From the NCBI RefSeq assembly GCF_009834535.1, contig NC_045697.1:97590001-97654000 (forward strand): a stretch of DNA of 64,000 nucleotides, written 5' to 3'. The notes below the pieces were generated by a model that was not told where the DNA came from, did no database searches, and saw only the letters and a program-made list of their open reading frames with translations. Shown piece by piece: positions 51,349 through 64,000 of the stretch (position 1 is the stretch's first letter; every line of letters begins with the position of its first letter). Source of the DNA: Camelus ferus. Its lineage: Eukaryota. Made by a program: the position numbers and the translations under genes.

Positions 51349-51831
51349 TGTGATAGGCTGAATCATGATCTCCCAACAATATTGACATCCTGGTCCCCAG
51401 AACCTGTGAACATGCTCCTTTACATGGTAAAAGTGATTTTGCATGTGTGATTAAATTAAGGATTTTGAGATGGGGGATTATTCTAGATTATCCTGGTGGG
51501 TCCAAAATATTCACAAGGGTCCTGTTGGGAGGGAGGCAAGAAGATTAGAACCAGATCGAAGATGATGTGATGACAGATGCAAAAAAAAAACAGAGAAATT
51601 CGAAGATCCACTGCAGGTTTGAAGATGGAGAAAGAGGCTAAAGCCAAGGAATGTAGGCAGCCTCTAGAATCTGCAAAAGGAAATAGATTTTCCCCCTAGG
51701 ATCTGTGGAAGGACTGCAACCCTGCAGATCCTCCTTACATTTTAATCTTTTTGAGACAAAAAAAAAAAAATTTATTTTTAAGCCACTCAGAGTGTGGCAA
51801 TTTGTTATAACATCAATAGGAAACTAATACC
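51349..51831 (+). mobile_element. MaLR solo LTR (MLT1D-like)
   Basis: tgtgataggctgaatcatg...ccccagaacctgtgaa...ttaaattaaggattttgagatgggg...tttgttataacatcaataggaaactaatac. Confidence 0.9.
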
Positions 51832-52019
51832 CATGGTATTTGTTAGGAACAGAAAGGATGAGTCTTAGACCTCTCAAAGTATGATCAAAAGTTTAGAGAT
51901 GGACCCAGGGAAATAAGACTATTCATGTCATTTCTATTTTTATCAGTTTATAGGATGATTATATTCTTTCCATAATAGAAAATGAATTTATAATTGAACT
52001 TTTAAAAGCATTACCATTT

Positions 52020-52182
52020 GGAGGAGAGAGTATAGCTCAGTGGTAGAGCAAATGCTTAGCATGCCCTAGGTCCTGGGTTCAATCCCCAATACCATCATTA
52101 AGGAAAAAAAAAAAAAAGAAAGAAAGAAAGAAACATTGTAAATCAACTACACTTCAGTAGAAAAATTAAAAATTAAAAAATT
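52020..52182 (+). mobile_element. tRNA-derived SINE (Vic-1-like) with an L1-like 3' terminus
   Basis: gtatagctcagtggtagagc...cttagcatg...ggtcctgggttcaatcccca, with TSD aaagcattaccattt (52005-52019) and aaaacattaccattt (52183-52197). Confidence 0.92.
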
Positions 52183-54790
52183 AAAACATTACCATTTATA
52201 TCTGTTCTGTCTCTTGCATCTTACTTGTGGTGAGCAATTGAAATTTAGTATAGTGCATACATAAAAGTTTATCAGAAACAACATGGTTTTCAATTGCTTG
52301 ACCGTGACCATGCTAACCATATTACCACTTAATAGTTTGACTCATCTCATCCCTTTGGTGTTTGAATCCCTGGCTTTATATTCTGGCAAGTGACATTTTT
52401 AAAATCCGTCTCTGACCCTTATTCTTGGTTTTTTGTCCAACCTTGATTTCAACTTTCCAGAAAAAGGAGATAACAGTGACCTAAATAAACCACATTCTTT
52501 TCAACATAAATGCTCATACCAAAATTTCCTGTCAACATTACGTGCATGAGTTTTCCTCTCCTAAATGCATACCTTTAAATCTCTCTGAAATTCAGTGTTT
52601 TACCTGAAATACACTGAAAATCAGTTAGCAATAATGGCAAATTTTCACTAGGAAGAAAGTTTATGAAATGTGAATGTGTGGAACAGATGGTTGCATTGAA
52701 AACTTACTTTTACCAAGTGCTTAGTGTAGAAGATACACCAAGAATTTCTCAAAAAACCATGACTATGATTGGATCATTTATAAAATTGTTCACCATATAT
52801 TTGGACAACTAATTTCATCTATGCTTTTATAACGATAGTTTTCTTAGTGATCCAAAAGTTGTTCAGCTGAAATATTGGAACGATCAGGCGTGATGTAATA
52901 CACTCTCGTCTTCAGACTTAAGTTTCTAATCCCAGAGGTCATCTGTCTACTTATTCTTTAATAGACCTCATCATACTTTGCCAATATCTTAAGTTTAAAT
53001 TTTTTGGAACTGATTTTCCAATGATTCAGGTTTAGGTTCAATTATTATTATTTAAATACCTATTATAAATAGGCCTTTTTATATACATGAGTGTAAAAAA
53101 TTACCTTACTGTATAAAGTTTTGTAATATGGCATTTGAGTCTAATTTATAAACAACAGGTAGGAAAAGAGATACAGATGGAAAAGCAAAAGAAAGTAAAT
53201 GAATTCTATGGGCTTTATATTGAAATCACTAATGTTCAGATGTTTCAATCACCTACTTGAGTTTGTTCATACAGGGGCAACGGCTCTAGTGTGCTCTGAT
53301 GCAGGTGCCCATTAAAACAGCAAGAAGATGCTGGGATGGGCATACAGAGAGCAGAAGGTGTGAGTTTATCTTTTATCCTTGCCCCTTCTTTAACTATAAG
53401 CCTGTGTGCAGTTTCCAGACTCCCGACAGAGTGAAGCTTGGCATTGTGATTTCATGAGCACCCTGCTTTGATGAACCGAGCTCACCAACCATAAACGTCT
53501 AAAGTGTGGTGACAGGTTCATTTGAGAAGGCCTTTGTTTCTGGGAAACATAAGAAAAATAATCCTATATTATTTGTGAAGCCTCTCTGAGAGCCCTGAGT
53601 GAGCACCCGGTTTTCTCAAGTGAAATAGAAACAATTTCCTCTCGAATTGCTAGGGCTTCCTCCCCTTGACAGGTACTCAATGAAAGAGACTAAAGCTGCT
53701 TTATGTAATTAAGTATTTGCCTGCAAGAGCCAGTCTGAGTCATTCCTCGTTTGAAATTGTTTCCATCTACTTCTTTGTGTCTCTCTAAGCTTCTGTTTGG
53801 TGTTCTGTCCACTTTTCTAACATATTCTTTTACCACTACTATTTCTTTGCCTCTAGTCTTGCCCGTCTCCTAAAATTCCCTTTGTCCCTGCAAACAACAC
53901 ACACCCATAGCTTTATTACTTTTTTTATTTCCATCTTTTTTGTTTGAAAATAAAGCTTAAGAGCTAATGAGAGTATTCAACTATAGATATCCTCAGTTTA
54001 AGCAAATAGGGGCTTTTAAAAATGAATCCTGTATTTCTTTGGGGTGAATACTGTTAATGGAAGAATTCTCCCCTTTACTAAGGGCACATTAAGATAAGTT
54101 TAGCTTCTCTAGGGCTCAGTCACTTAAAAATAAGGGTATAAAGACATTCTGGGGAAATGCCAACCTTCAAATTTATCTTACACTGCAGCCAGCTTTTATA
54201 GCCTATTTTAAGAACTTGGTACTAGCTCTCCTGTTTAATGAGCAGTTTCATTTAAAGCTTAAAATTATTAAGGATTCCAGTGGAGTCATAAATAATGTGG
54301 TTTATAATATTCTTATCAAGTACATAAAGATATATTTGTCTTCCATTAACAACATACTTTTAAAGTAGCCTGACCTCTTCAGATATATAAGAGCATGCAA
54401 TTAATGCAATTTGTCACAGGTCTTTTACACATTAATAAGATGTAATTAATTGTCTGTTTGGCCTAATTAACTTTTCAGACACTGGCAGCTCTTGTTCTTT
54501 TAATACAAAGCAAGTGGGCCCTATTTGCAATTCTAATACTTGACAGAAAAGTCTGACCATAAACTCAAGTCTACGAATCTTAGAAAAAGAGCATAAGGCA
54601 ATTAAGAATCCAACAGAGAAATCGCATATATTTTAGGATAGTAATGTATTTTTTAATGTAAAGAGTAAGAAAAACACTACACAGAATAGGCTACTCTAAA
54701 CCCATAAGAGTAGAGGATTTTATATTCAAAAATAAATAATGAGAAAACATAGATATTCCAAGGATATTTTAATACATAAGTAGTTCTGTA

Positions 54791-55181
54791 CAGTCATCCC
54801 TCAGTATCCATAGGGGGTTGGTTCCAGGACACTCCCCCACCATACCACAATCTGCAGATGCTCAAGTCCTTTATGTAAAATGTCCTATAAATATTTTTAC
54901 ATGTATTATATATAATACATAGGCAAATATTTGCCTATACCCTACGCACATCCTCCCTTATGCTTTAAATCATCTTGATTACTTACAATACCTCATACAT
55001 GTAAATGCTATGTAAATAGTTTTAAATACAATGTAAATGCTATGTAAATAGCTGCCTGCTTGGCAAATTCGAGTTTTGCTTTTGGAAAGTTTCTTGAGTT
55101 TTTTTTTTTTCCCCCAAATATTTTTGATCCAGATTGATTGAATCTGTGGATACGGAACCCACGGATATGGTGGGCTGATTA
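54791..55181. mobile_element. TcMar-Tigger MITE (MER2/MER2B-like)
   Basis: TA-cagtcatccctcagtatcca...ggttccaggac...ggatatggtgggctgatta-TA, with an internal duplication of atgtaaatgctatgtaaatag. Confidence 0.88.
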
Positions 55182-56094
55182 TAATTGTTTTCATATTTGT
55201 TCAGTCATTTATTAGCCATTTTCTTGTTAATATTAATTCATTTTTTGAATGGTAACTTTCTGCAAGATTATTAGTACCTAGAGATCTGAAGATTACCAAG
55301 ATAAAAACACTATCTTTAACGGAGTGTATGTTACTTGATCATGAAATTAATAGTGAGATTAACTGAGCCTTGGAGTAAATGCCTATACGCTATGTGTAAA
55401 CTTTTATTTTCCTAGTGAAGTGTAGACCAGAGTGAATTTTTGTGCCATATTTGTTCAACATGAGCCAATATGTTTACTCTGTTCTTCATATTTTTTAACT
55501 GTAAAATTAATATATTTGAAATCAAAATTTTGAAAATATTTAATATAATGTTCAATATTATTTTAAAAATTCAATGTACAAAAGAATTCTAATAGGTACT
55601 AGAATTTATTTAACACTGATTCTGCAACAGATCAGCAGTGAGTCTTTTTTAAATTCTGAATCTGTGATTCTGGGTACAACTCCCCAGGGGACTGTGATAG
55701 TCAGGTTTGAAAAGTGGTTTCTCACTATAATATATTTATACAAATGACCAGTGTGACAAATAATGGAACATTGTACATTCTGTATCACTAAATATTTTCT
55801 TAGAGTGCCCTCCAGATTTGAAATCCCTAGATCAAAGGCCAAATGTAAAATTTTTTAAGGCTCCTGATTCATATAGTCAAATCACTTTCTAGAAAATTCC
55901 GAGAAATTTGACACCCTATATAAAAATACCAGTCTTACCAGACCGTATCATTTTTAAAATTCATTTTTGATTTAAAAAGTCTTTGTATTTTGCAAATTTG
56001 AATAATGTCTCTCCTATATGTATTTGAGTTGTGCACCTAATATTTCCCTATCACATTAGTAACAAACTTTTTTTTTCATTTTCCATTTTCATTG

Positions 56095-56298
56095 TGATAC
56101 AGTAGAATACTAATTTAAAATTGTGCTCTGGAGTTAGATCATCTGGGTTCTAATCCTGGCTCTGTGCTTATTGGCTATGTTACCCTGTGTAAATTCCTTA
56201 ACCTGTTCCTTTGTTTCTTCATCCATAGAAGGGAGGCAGTAATAGCATCTATATCACTGGGCTATTTTAGGATTAGGTATGTTAATAAATCTGAAACT
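56095..56298 (+). mobile_element. MIR SINE relic
   Basis: gctctggagttagatcatctgggttctaatcctggctctg...ttaacctg...tttcttcatccatagaaggg. Confidence 0.8.
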
Positions 56299-56510
56299 CT
56301 TTTTTTTTTTTTTTTAAATCTTTCTTTTAAATTGACTGCTGTCCCTTCAGCAACTATAATGTTAGATTGGATTATCATTCTCTGTTCTTCAGGGCTCACA
56401 CCCACTTTCATTAGAATGGGTTGTAATCTTCTCCCATTCACAATAAACTCTCAGTAAATGTTAACATCAATATATTGTTTCAATATGATGTTAAATATAT
56501 AGAGACATTT

Positions 56511-59160
56511 TAAGTCTATTTACCATCTGCCACCATACAAAGATGTTACATTATTATTAACTATGTTCCCCAGGAAGTACATTTCATTCATGTGACTCAT
56601 GTATTTTGTAACTGAAGTTTGTACCTCTTGTACAAATCTCCCTCACCTGTTTCACTCATTCTCCCACCCCACTCCTCCCCACTCTGGCAACTACCTGTTA
56701 GTTCTCTGTATCTGTAACTCTGTTCATTTGTTTTGTTTTTTTTAGATTCTACATATAAGTGAAGTCTATGGTATTTGTCTTTCTCTGTCCAACTTATTTC
56801 ACTTAGCATAATACCCTCTAAGTCCATCAGTGCTATCACATGGCAAGATTTTAATTCTTTTTTATGGCTGGGTAATATTCCATTGTGTGTGGGTATGTAT
56901 CACTACTTCTTTATTCATTCATCTATCAAAAGGCACTAGGTTGCTTCCAGATCTAAGCTATTCTAAATAATGCTGCAGTGAATATGGGAGTGCATATATC
57001 TTTTCAAATTAGTGTTTTTGTTTTCTTTGGAAAAATACCAAGAAGTGGAATTGTTGGGTCATATGGTAGTTCTCCTTTTAATTTTTTAGTGATACACCAT
57101 GCTGTTTTTCATAGTGGCTGACCAATTTACATTCCCACCAACAGTGCATGCTTTTCTCCACATCCTTGTCAACACTTGTTATGTCTTGCCTTTTTGATTG
57201 TAGACATTCTGACAGGGTGAGGTGATATCTCATTGTGATTTTGATTTGCATTTCCCTGATGATAGGTGATGTTCAGCATCTTTTAATGTGTCTGTTGGCC
57301 ATCTGTGTATCTTCTTTGGAAAAATGTCTTTAAGTCCTCTACCTGTTTTTAATCAGGTTGGTTTTTTTTTATATATATATATTTAGTTGTATATGAGTTA
57401 TTTGTATATTTTTGAGATATTATATATTTGAGATAAATATATTTGAGATATTATCCACTTATTAGATGTATCATTTCCAAATATCTTCTCCCATTCAGTA
57501 GGTGGCCTTTTCATTTTTTTTTTTTTTTGATAGTTTCCTTGGCTGTGCAAAAGCTTTTTGGTTTGATGTAGTCTCATTTGTTTATTTTTGCTTTTGTTTC
57601 TCTTGCCTGAGGAGACAGATTGAAAAAAAAACATTGCCAAGCCTGATGTCAAAATGCATACTGTCTGTTTTCTTCCTAGGAGTTTTATGGTTTCCAGTCT
57701 TATGTTTAGGTCTTTAATCTATTCTGAGTTTATTTTTGTATATGGTATTAAAAAGTAGTCCAGTTTGATTATTTTGCATGCAAGTGTTCAGTTTTCCCAG
57801 TACAGTATGTTGAAGAGGCTGTGTTTTCCTTATTGTATATTCCTGTCTCCTTTGTTGTAGATTAATTGACTGTATAAGCAGGGGTTTATTTCTGGGGTCT
57901 CTGTGTTGTTCCGTTGATGTATATGTCTGTTTTTGTGTCGGTATCATGCTGTTCTGATCACTAACTTTATAGTAAAGTCTGAAGTCAGGAAGCTTGATAC
58001 CTCCAGCTCTGTTCTTTCTCAAGATTGTTTTGGCTATTTGGGATCTTTTGTGTTTCCATACAAAATTTAAAATTGTATCTTTTTGTTTTGTGAAAAATGC
58101 CATTTTGATAGAAACTGCGCTGAATCTGTAGATTGTCTTGGGTAGTGTAGTCACCTAAACAGTATTAATTCCAGAAATCCATGAGAACAGCATAATTTGA
58201 GCAGTCTTACTCTAATTTTATGAGTGTCTTCTTATTTTCAAAGTCCAGGTCTTTTACCTCCTTAGTTGGATATATTCCTAGCTATTTTATTATTTTTGAT
58301 GCAGTTATATATAAGATTGATTTTCTCTTTCAGATAGTTCACTATTAATGTATAGAAGTGCAACAAATTTCTGTATTTTAATGTTGTATCCTGAAACTTT
58401 ACTGAATTCATTGATGAGCTCTAGTAGTTCTGTGTGTCTTTAGGATATTCTGTATATAGTATCACATCATCTACAAACAGTGACAGTTTTACTTCTTCCT
58501 TTCCAGTTTGATTCCTTCCATTTCTTTTTCTTGTCTGATTGCTGTAGCTAGGACTTCCAATACAATTATGTTAAATAAATGTGACAAGAGTGGGCATCCT
58601 TTCCTTGTTTCTGATCTTAGAGGAAATGCTTTTAGCTTTTCACCTTTGAGTAGGATGTGGCTGTGGTAAATAGATTTATAGTGGTGATTATTTTTTAATC
58701 TATAGAAATATCAAATCACCACTGTGTTATGCACCAGGAACTAACATAATGTTGTAGATCTATTATACTCCAAAAAGCAAACTCATAGAAAAAGAGATCA
58801 GATCTGTGGTTACCAGAAACAGAGCAGGGAGTGAAAGGAAGGGGAATTGCATGGAGGTGGTCAAAAGATACAAACCTCCGTTTATAAGATAAATAAGCAC
58901 TAAGAATATAATGTCAACATAATTAATAAAATTAATACTGCTGTGTACAAAATACGAAAGTTGAGAGAGTAAACTGTAAGACTCCTCATCAAAAGGAAGC
59001 TTTTTTTTCTTTTATACCTATATGAGATGATGAATTTTCATTAAACTTATTGAGGTAATCATTTCATGTTGTATATAAGTTGAATCATTATGCTGTACAC
59101 CTTCAATTTATACAGTGCTGTATAAATTATATGTCAATAAAACTGGAAAAGAAAAAAACA
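56511..59160 (+). mobile_element. 5'-inverted L1 insertion (inverted 56511-58666, direct 58664-59160 with polyA signal and A-tail)
   Basis: Minus-strand ORF2 remnants: [42 protein letters not shown]. The plus-strand 3'UTR ends aataaaactggaaaagaaaaaaa. Confidence 0.85.
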
Positions 59161-60507
59161 AAGACAATGTCTAGAAAGAAGCATTTTTTCTTAATAGCAA
59201 AATCAAGGGAATAAGCTAAGTATTTAACAACTAAAGGATAAAGACATTCATATAATAGGGGACAATCTCAGGATGAAACATTATAAAGCAGATAGAATGT
59301 GGGTACATCTCAAAAACATAATGCTGCAAGATGTGAAATAATCTGTATATCTTTAATTTGTGGCAGTTAAAAAATACACCAAAAACAATGCTCTTAGACC
59401 ATTTATGAATGCATACCTATGTGTGTAAAATGGAATGAAAGGATAAATACTAAATGTATGAAAAATAGGAATATAGGTCTTAGTAAAAGATGAGTTTAGT
59501 CATATTTGTAATACCTTCAGATGAAAAACTGGGAAACAGTTATGAAGAAATGTTACCATTAATTCTGAGGGTTGGATATATTAATGTTTGTAAATATTTA
59601 TACATTAAATTCCTCAAAAAGTAAAAAATAAATAAATAAATACAGACATTTAAGTTCAGGTTGAAATTCACAGTTTTGTGGTTTAATTTCTATTGCATAT
59701 TGAAAGGTAATGACTTTTCCATGATCAGTTGTTATGTTTTCTTTCCACAATGTTTTATGTTCTATGTTTCACTTTTAGTTCAGCTGGAACTTGTCTTAGC
59801 ATATGTTGAGATGAACAGCTGATTTGATTTTTTTTTTAACTCCCATATATCCGTTTTCCCCCACATACTTTCTTAAATACCTAATTACATACTGGCATAT
59901 GTGTATGCCTTTAAAACATGCTCAGTTTTATGTAAATTTCTTTCCAGAGCTATGTTCTGCTGCACTGATCTATTACTTATTGTGCCAATTGCATATCTTT
60001 AATTACTATAGTTTTAAAATATTATTGAAGAGCTGATAATACAAGTGCCCTTTTATTAATCTTTATCTTCAACATTATATTAGTTACTTTATTTTTTTAA
60101 TTCATCAAAATGGACATATGTATTTAATAATTAAAATATTGGTTTTTGATTCATTTTAGTCTACTTAATATGGCAAAGACTAAAAAAAAATCTATAATTT
60201 TGTTTCTCTAGCTTTCCCTTTGTACTTCTAAAAATTATACCATTTTAAGTTTTGATGAATCACACTGAAGACTAATGATTATTAAACCCCTATTATGGAT
60301 TCAGCTTTTTGATGATATAACATTATTTTGTTTTCCCTTTTCTTAAAATAAATAAATAAATAAAATAAAAATAAATGTGTCTACCATCATAATCAAAATG
60401 TTTAGCCCAGTTTCTGAAATTGGGGGAAATTTCTTTGTAGCTTCCTTTCTGTGACTAAACAGATTATTTTGTCTGAAATTCTGTGGTTATTTTGATAGTA
60501 AGAATTC

Positions 60508-60932
60508 TTTTTTAACTGAAGTATAGTCAGTTTACAATGTGTCAATTTCTGGCATATAGCATAATGCCCCAGTCATACATATAGATATGTATATTTGTTT
60601 TCATATTCTTTTTTGTTATAGATTGGTACAAGATATTGAATATAGTTCCCTGTGCTATACAGAAGAAGCTTGTTGTTTTTCTATTTTATATATACTAGTT
60701 AATATTTGCAAATCTTGGGCTCCCAATTTATCCCTTCCCACCCACTTTACTCCCGGTAACCATAAAGTTGTTTACTATGTCTGTGAGTCTGTTTCTGTTT
60801 TGTAGGTAAGTTCATTAGTATCTTATTTTTTCTTTTTTTAGATTCCACATATGAGTAATATCACATGGTATTTTTCTTCCTCTTTCTGGCTTACTTCACT
60901 TAGAATGACGGTCTCCAGGTCCATCCATATTA
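60508..60932 (-). mobile_element. Lineage-specific L1 3' end
   Basis: ttttttaactgaagtatagtcagtttacaatg...ttagattccacatatgag...tccaggtccatccat. Confidence 0.92.
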
Positions 60933-62199
60933 TTTTAAATTCTAATAGTTTCCTTAGTTTATTGAACAAGTCAGTATTTCTCTAATGCAGGAATGTAATT
61001 CTTATGAATTTGTAAACTCAGTTTTGGAATTAATGAGTTTGTCTCTTGCCCTCATATTAACAATTTTACTGCTCTCATTCCTTTTGAGATGGTTGTTCTG
61101 TCAACAACTAACTGTGTTAGATTGGATTACTATTCTCTGGTTCTCAATGCTCATACCCACTCTTTCATTAAACTCACTTTTAATCTTCCACTGCCTTCTC
61201 AGTGAGTCTTTCAAGTCTCTCAAGTGTATGCTTCAAATCACTGATTCATGTTTCCAAAAGTTTCAAATATAATCTTTGCTGTTAGTGTATTTTGCATTGC
61301 CAAGCATTTTTTTCCCAGTTAACTCTCTTTGCATTTTTGTCTTCATCCCAGTTGTGATTTCCCTTTATGAGTCCAAGCTCTTTTTTCTTAGAGACTCTAT
61401 CTTCTTTAATATATTTGATTAAGCACCAAGCATATAATATTTATATATTTCCACATTTTAGTTTTAGAAAGCTATTTTTATAGAGGTAGTTAGTCTCTAC
61501 TTTTCTCCTAATCATTTTTGGGAAGAGGATACTTTTTTTTTTTTTTAAATAACTTTCAGCCCCCTCTCATTGAATGGGGAGATATTTATCTAGGCTTGTT
61601 GTTTTGCCAACAAGTAGAGTGGGTAGAATCCTTTTGTTCTAATTGCTGACATGCAAACTTGTGATGTTCTGCCTCTACCCCCAAAATAGACGTAGGTCAA
61701 CTTGAAATGCCCTGCATCTTTTCATTAAATGTTTGCCTGAACATGAAGATTGAAATTTATTTCAACATCTTCAGAGACGTAGAGGGTTTAGAATAATGGC
61801 ATTGATGAAATATCTGAAGAATTCTGTTGTTAAAAAGCGTGTCAGGACATACTGACCATAATCATTATTATAATACTTGTATTATTGTCAAAGTAAACTA
61901 GCCACATCCAATTCACAAGTGTTATATCAAGCCACTGACAATTAGAATCATAAAACATTAAAACTGGAAAGGAACATTATCATTCTGACCAAGTTCAGAG
62001 TTTTAGATATTAAGAAGCCCTATTAGGTGGCAGACTGGAATTTGAGTCCAAATCCTAAATGTCAGGGATTTTCCATGATACATCTCTAGCACTTAAGGTT
62101 CAGGAAAACAAAATATTCACCAATTTGAGAGATAACACTGGACAAGATCAGGCAGGTGGTATGTAAGAGAATAAAGACAGACTAAACACAATATGAAGA

Positions 62200-62711
62200 T
62201 GTTGGCTAAAAAATGCACAACCTGTAAGTTGAGAGTTACATTTATTTGCTGGACTTTCTGAGGATTCAAGCGCAGGAGACAGCCTCTGAGATTACTCTAA
62301 GAGACTACACCGAAGAGGCAGGGAGGAGCCAAAATATGTGAGTTTCTGCAACAAAGACCACGTAGTCGGAACATCAAAAGAGTACTGTTAATTAAAAAAC
62401 AAACAAACAAACAAAAAAACCAGAAAAACAGATACTTCAAGTTAAGGAATTTAGTTCTTTTCTGTGTATGGGAACATGCAAAGGTCTGGGCTCACTGAAA
62501 TCTTTCCTTTGATATGCACCAGTATCCTGTTCTTTCATATCCCAAGTTCCCTCAAGGTGCACAGTTGGGGGTGGCTGCAGAGGCCAGGCTGCCTGCTTGT
62601 CACCACCCCAGTCTCCCTTTGCTCACTGTCAGGGACGGCAGTAGTGATTGATGACTGGATGACCACAGCATCCTTTGTTTACTAATATGGCTGGCAACAT
62701 TTTTTATCACA
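62200..62711 (-). mobile_element. ERV1-class solo LTR (512 bp, MER41-like)
   Basis: TGT...ACA termini, exact TSD AAGA (62196-62199 and 62712-62715), and AATAAA on the minus strand (tttatt 62241-62246). Confidence 0.88.
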
Positions 62712-63413
62712 AAGAGAATGAACCATATTTCTTGGCCCCCACAAAGATTCTTCCAATAATGCCTGAATGGATGTCATTGCATTAGGAAGTGAGAATGTGC
62801 CCAGACAGCCATGAGTAGATGAGTATTAAAGAGGCTGACCCTTGAAAATGGACAATTGTAATTTTACTCTCACCTGGGATTTGGTATTAGTTGATAAAGT
62901 TGACAAGGCATGGGAAGAAAGAGGACTTTTGTTGTTGTTGGATTCATATCTCAAACCCATCACTTTAGGAGTTAACCTAAGCATAGGTTTTTCATCAGTT
63001 ATAATATCAAAAATGAAATACTTCCTTTGCCATCCAATTATTAGGATTATGAATGGAATTATTTATCTCATGAATATCTAAAACCCCATTTGCTAGTTCA
63101 TCTCAGTGAAGAATCAATCCCTTTTATGCCTTTAAAAACATATAGCTAAAGTTACCAATAGTCAAGAGAATGTTTATTTGTTGCTACTGTATTAGTGATA
63201 CAGGAAAAAAATTATATGTTTATAAATAAATACAAAATGCAATGTTTTGTTAACTGGTTACCAGAGGCACACTGCCTGTTTAGATTTGGCAATGGACACA
63301 CTACTTTGACCTCTTGACAAATTATGTCAATTGCAGAGTCAGGTCTGGTAACAGAAACACTAGTTTTGTTTTATTTCTTTTGCTTGTTTCTATGTGTAGT
63401 AATTTTTCCCAGC

Positions 63414-63812
63414 TTTTTTTGAGATATAATTGACATAAAACATTATGTAAGTTTAAGGTTATAACACAGTGATTTGATATACATATATATTTTGAAATAA
63501 TAACCATAATAAAGTTGGTTAACATGTCCATCACCTCACATTGTTACCATTTTTATGTATGTGTGGTGAGAACATCTAAGTTCTACTCTCAGTGACTTTC
63601 ACGTACACAGTACAGTATTGTTAACCGTAGTCGTGATACTATACATTAGATCTCCAGGACTTACTCATTTTATAACTGAAAGTTTGTGCCCTTTGACCTG
63701 TTTCACCCATTTTCTCCACTCCCTTATCCCTGGCAACCACCAATCTACTCTGTTTTTATGAATTCAGTTTTTTAGATTCCAGATATAAGTGACATCATAC
63801 GGTATTTGCCTT
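63414..63812 (-). mobile_element. L1 3' end (L1MA9/10-like)
   Basis: ttttgagatataattgacata...gtgtggtgagaacatctaag...ccctggcaaccaccaatctactctg...ttagattccagatataagtga. Confidence 0.88.
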
Positions 63813-64000
63813 TTTATTCAATTATTTAGTTAAAGAAAAATCACTTTTATATCACATACATTTTACAATTAATTTTGAGGCAAAAGTAGTCATTATTATA
63901 AAACCAAGCTATGATTTATAAACAGTTCATAAATGAAGAAAACCATTCAATATTATTATTTTTAAATGAATAGTGAAAGTACTTTGGCTTTTGTATACTT

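Noticed and set aside
52020..52095. tRNA gene (also 11378 and 18212)
   Set aside because: tRNA-like A/B boxes are present, but each copy has an A-rich tail, TSDs and a degenerate acceptor stem, so these are SINEs.
1..64000. CRISPR array, operon, prophage or other prokaryotic or novel enzymatic system
   Set aside because: There is no repeat-spacer periodicity and no ORF above 168 aa. The recurring sequences are dispersed mammalian transposon ends.

Overview
This is AT-rich, CpG-poor mammalian genomic DNA, not prokaryotic sequence. Three tRNA-derived SINEs (GGGGAGGGTATAGCTCAGTGGTAGAG...TTAGCATGCACGAGGTCCTGGGTTCAATCCCCAGTACC) look like the camelid Vic-1 family, so the source is probably camel, alpaca or llama. 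I can support no host protein-coding exon, rRNA, true tRNA or CRISPR array. The listed ORFs are decayed transposon coding remnants (L1 ORF2, MaLR gag-like) or chance ORFs, so the window reads as intronic or intergenic. It is a mosaic of L1 fragments, L2/MIR relics, MaLR/ERVL/ERV1 LTRs, hAT and TcMar DNA transposons, SINEs and microsatellites. The most notable structures are two 5'-inverted (twin-primed) L1 insertions, a two-LTR MLT1 element with an unusually CpG-rich 3' LTR and an ERVL-gag-like motif, a SINE with an L1 3' end inside one TSD pair, three solo LTRs with exact 4-bp TSDs, and a possible L1 3' transduction. Subfamily names are recalled from consensus sequences and need RepeatMasker/Dfam confirmation. 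I found no convincing new biological system.
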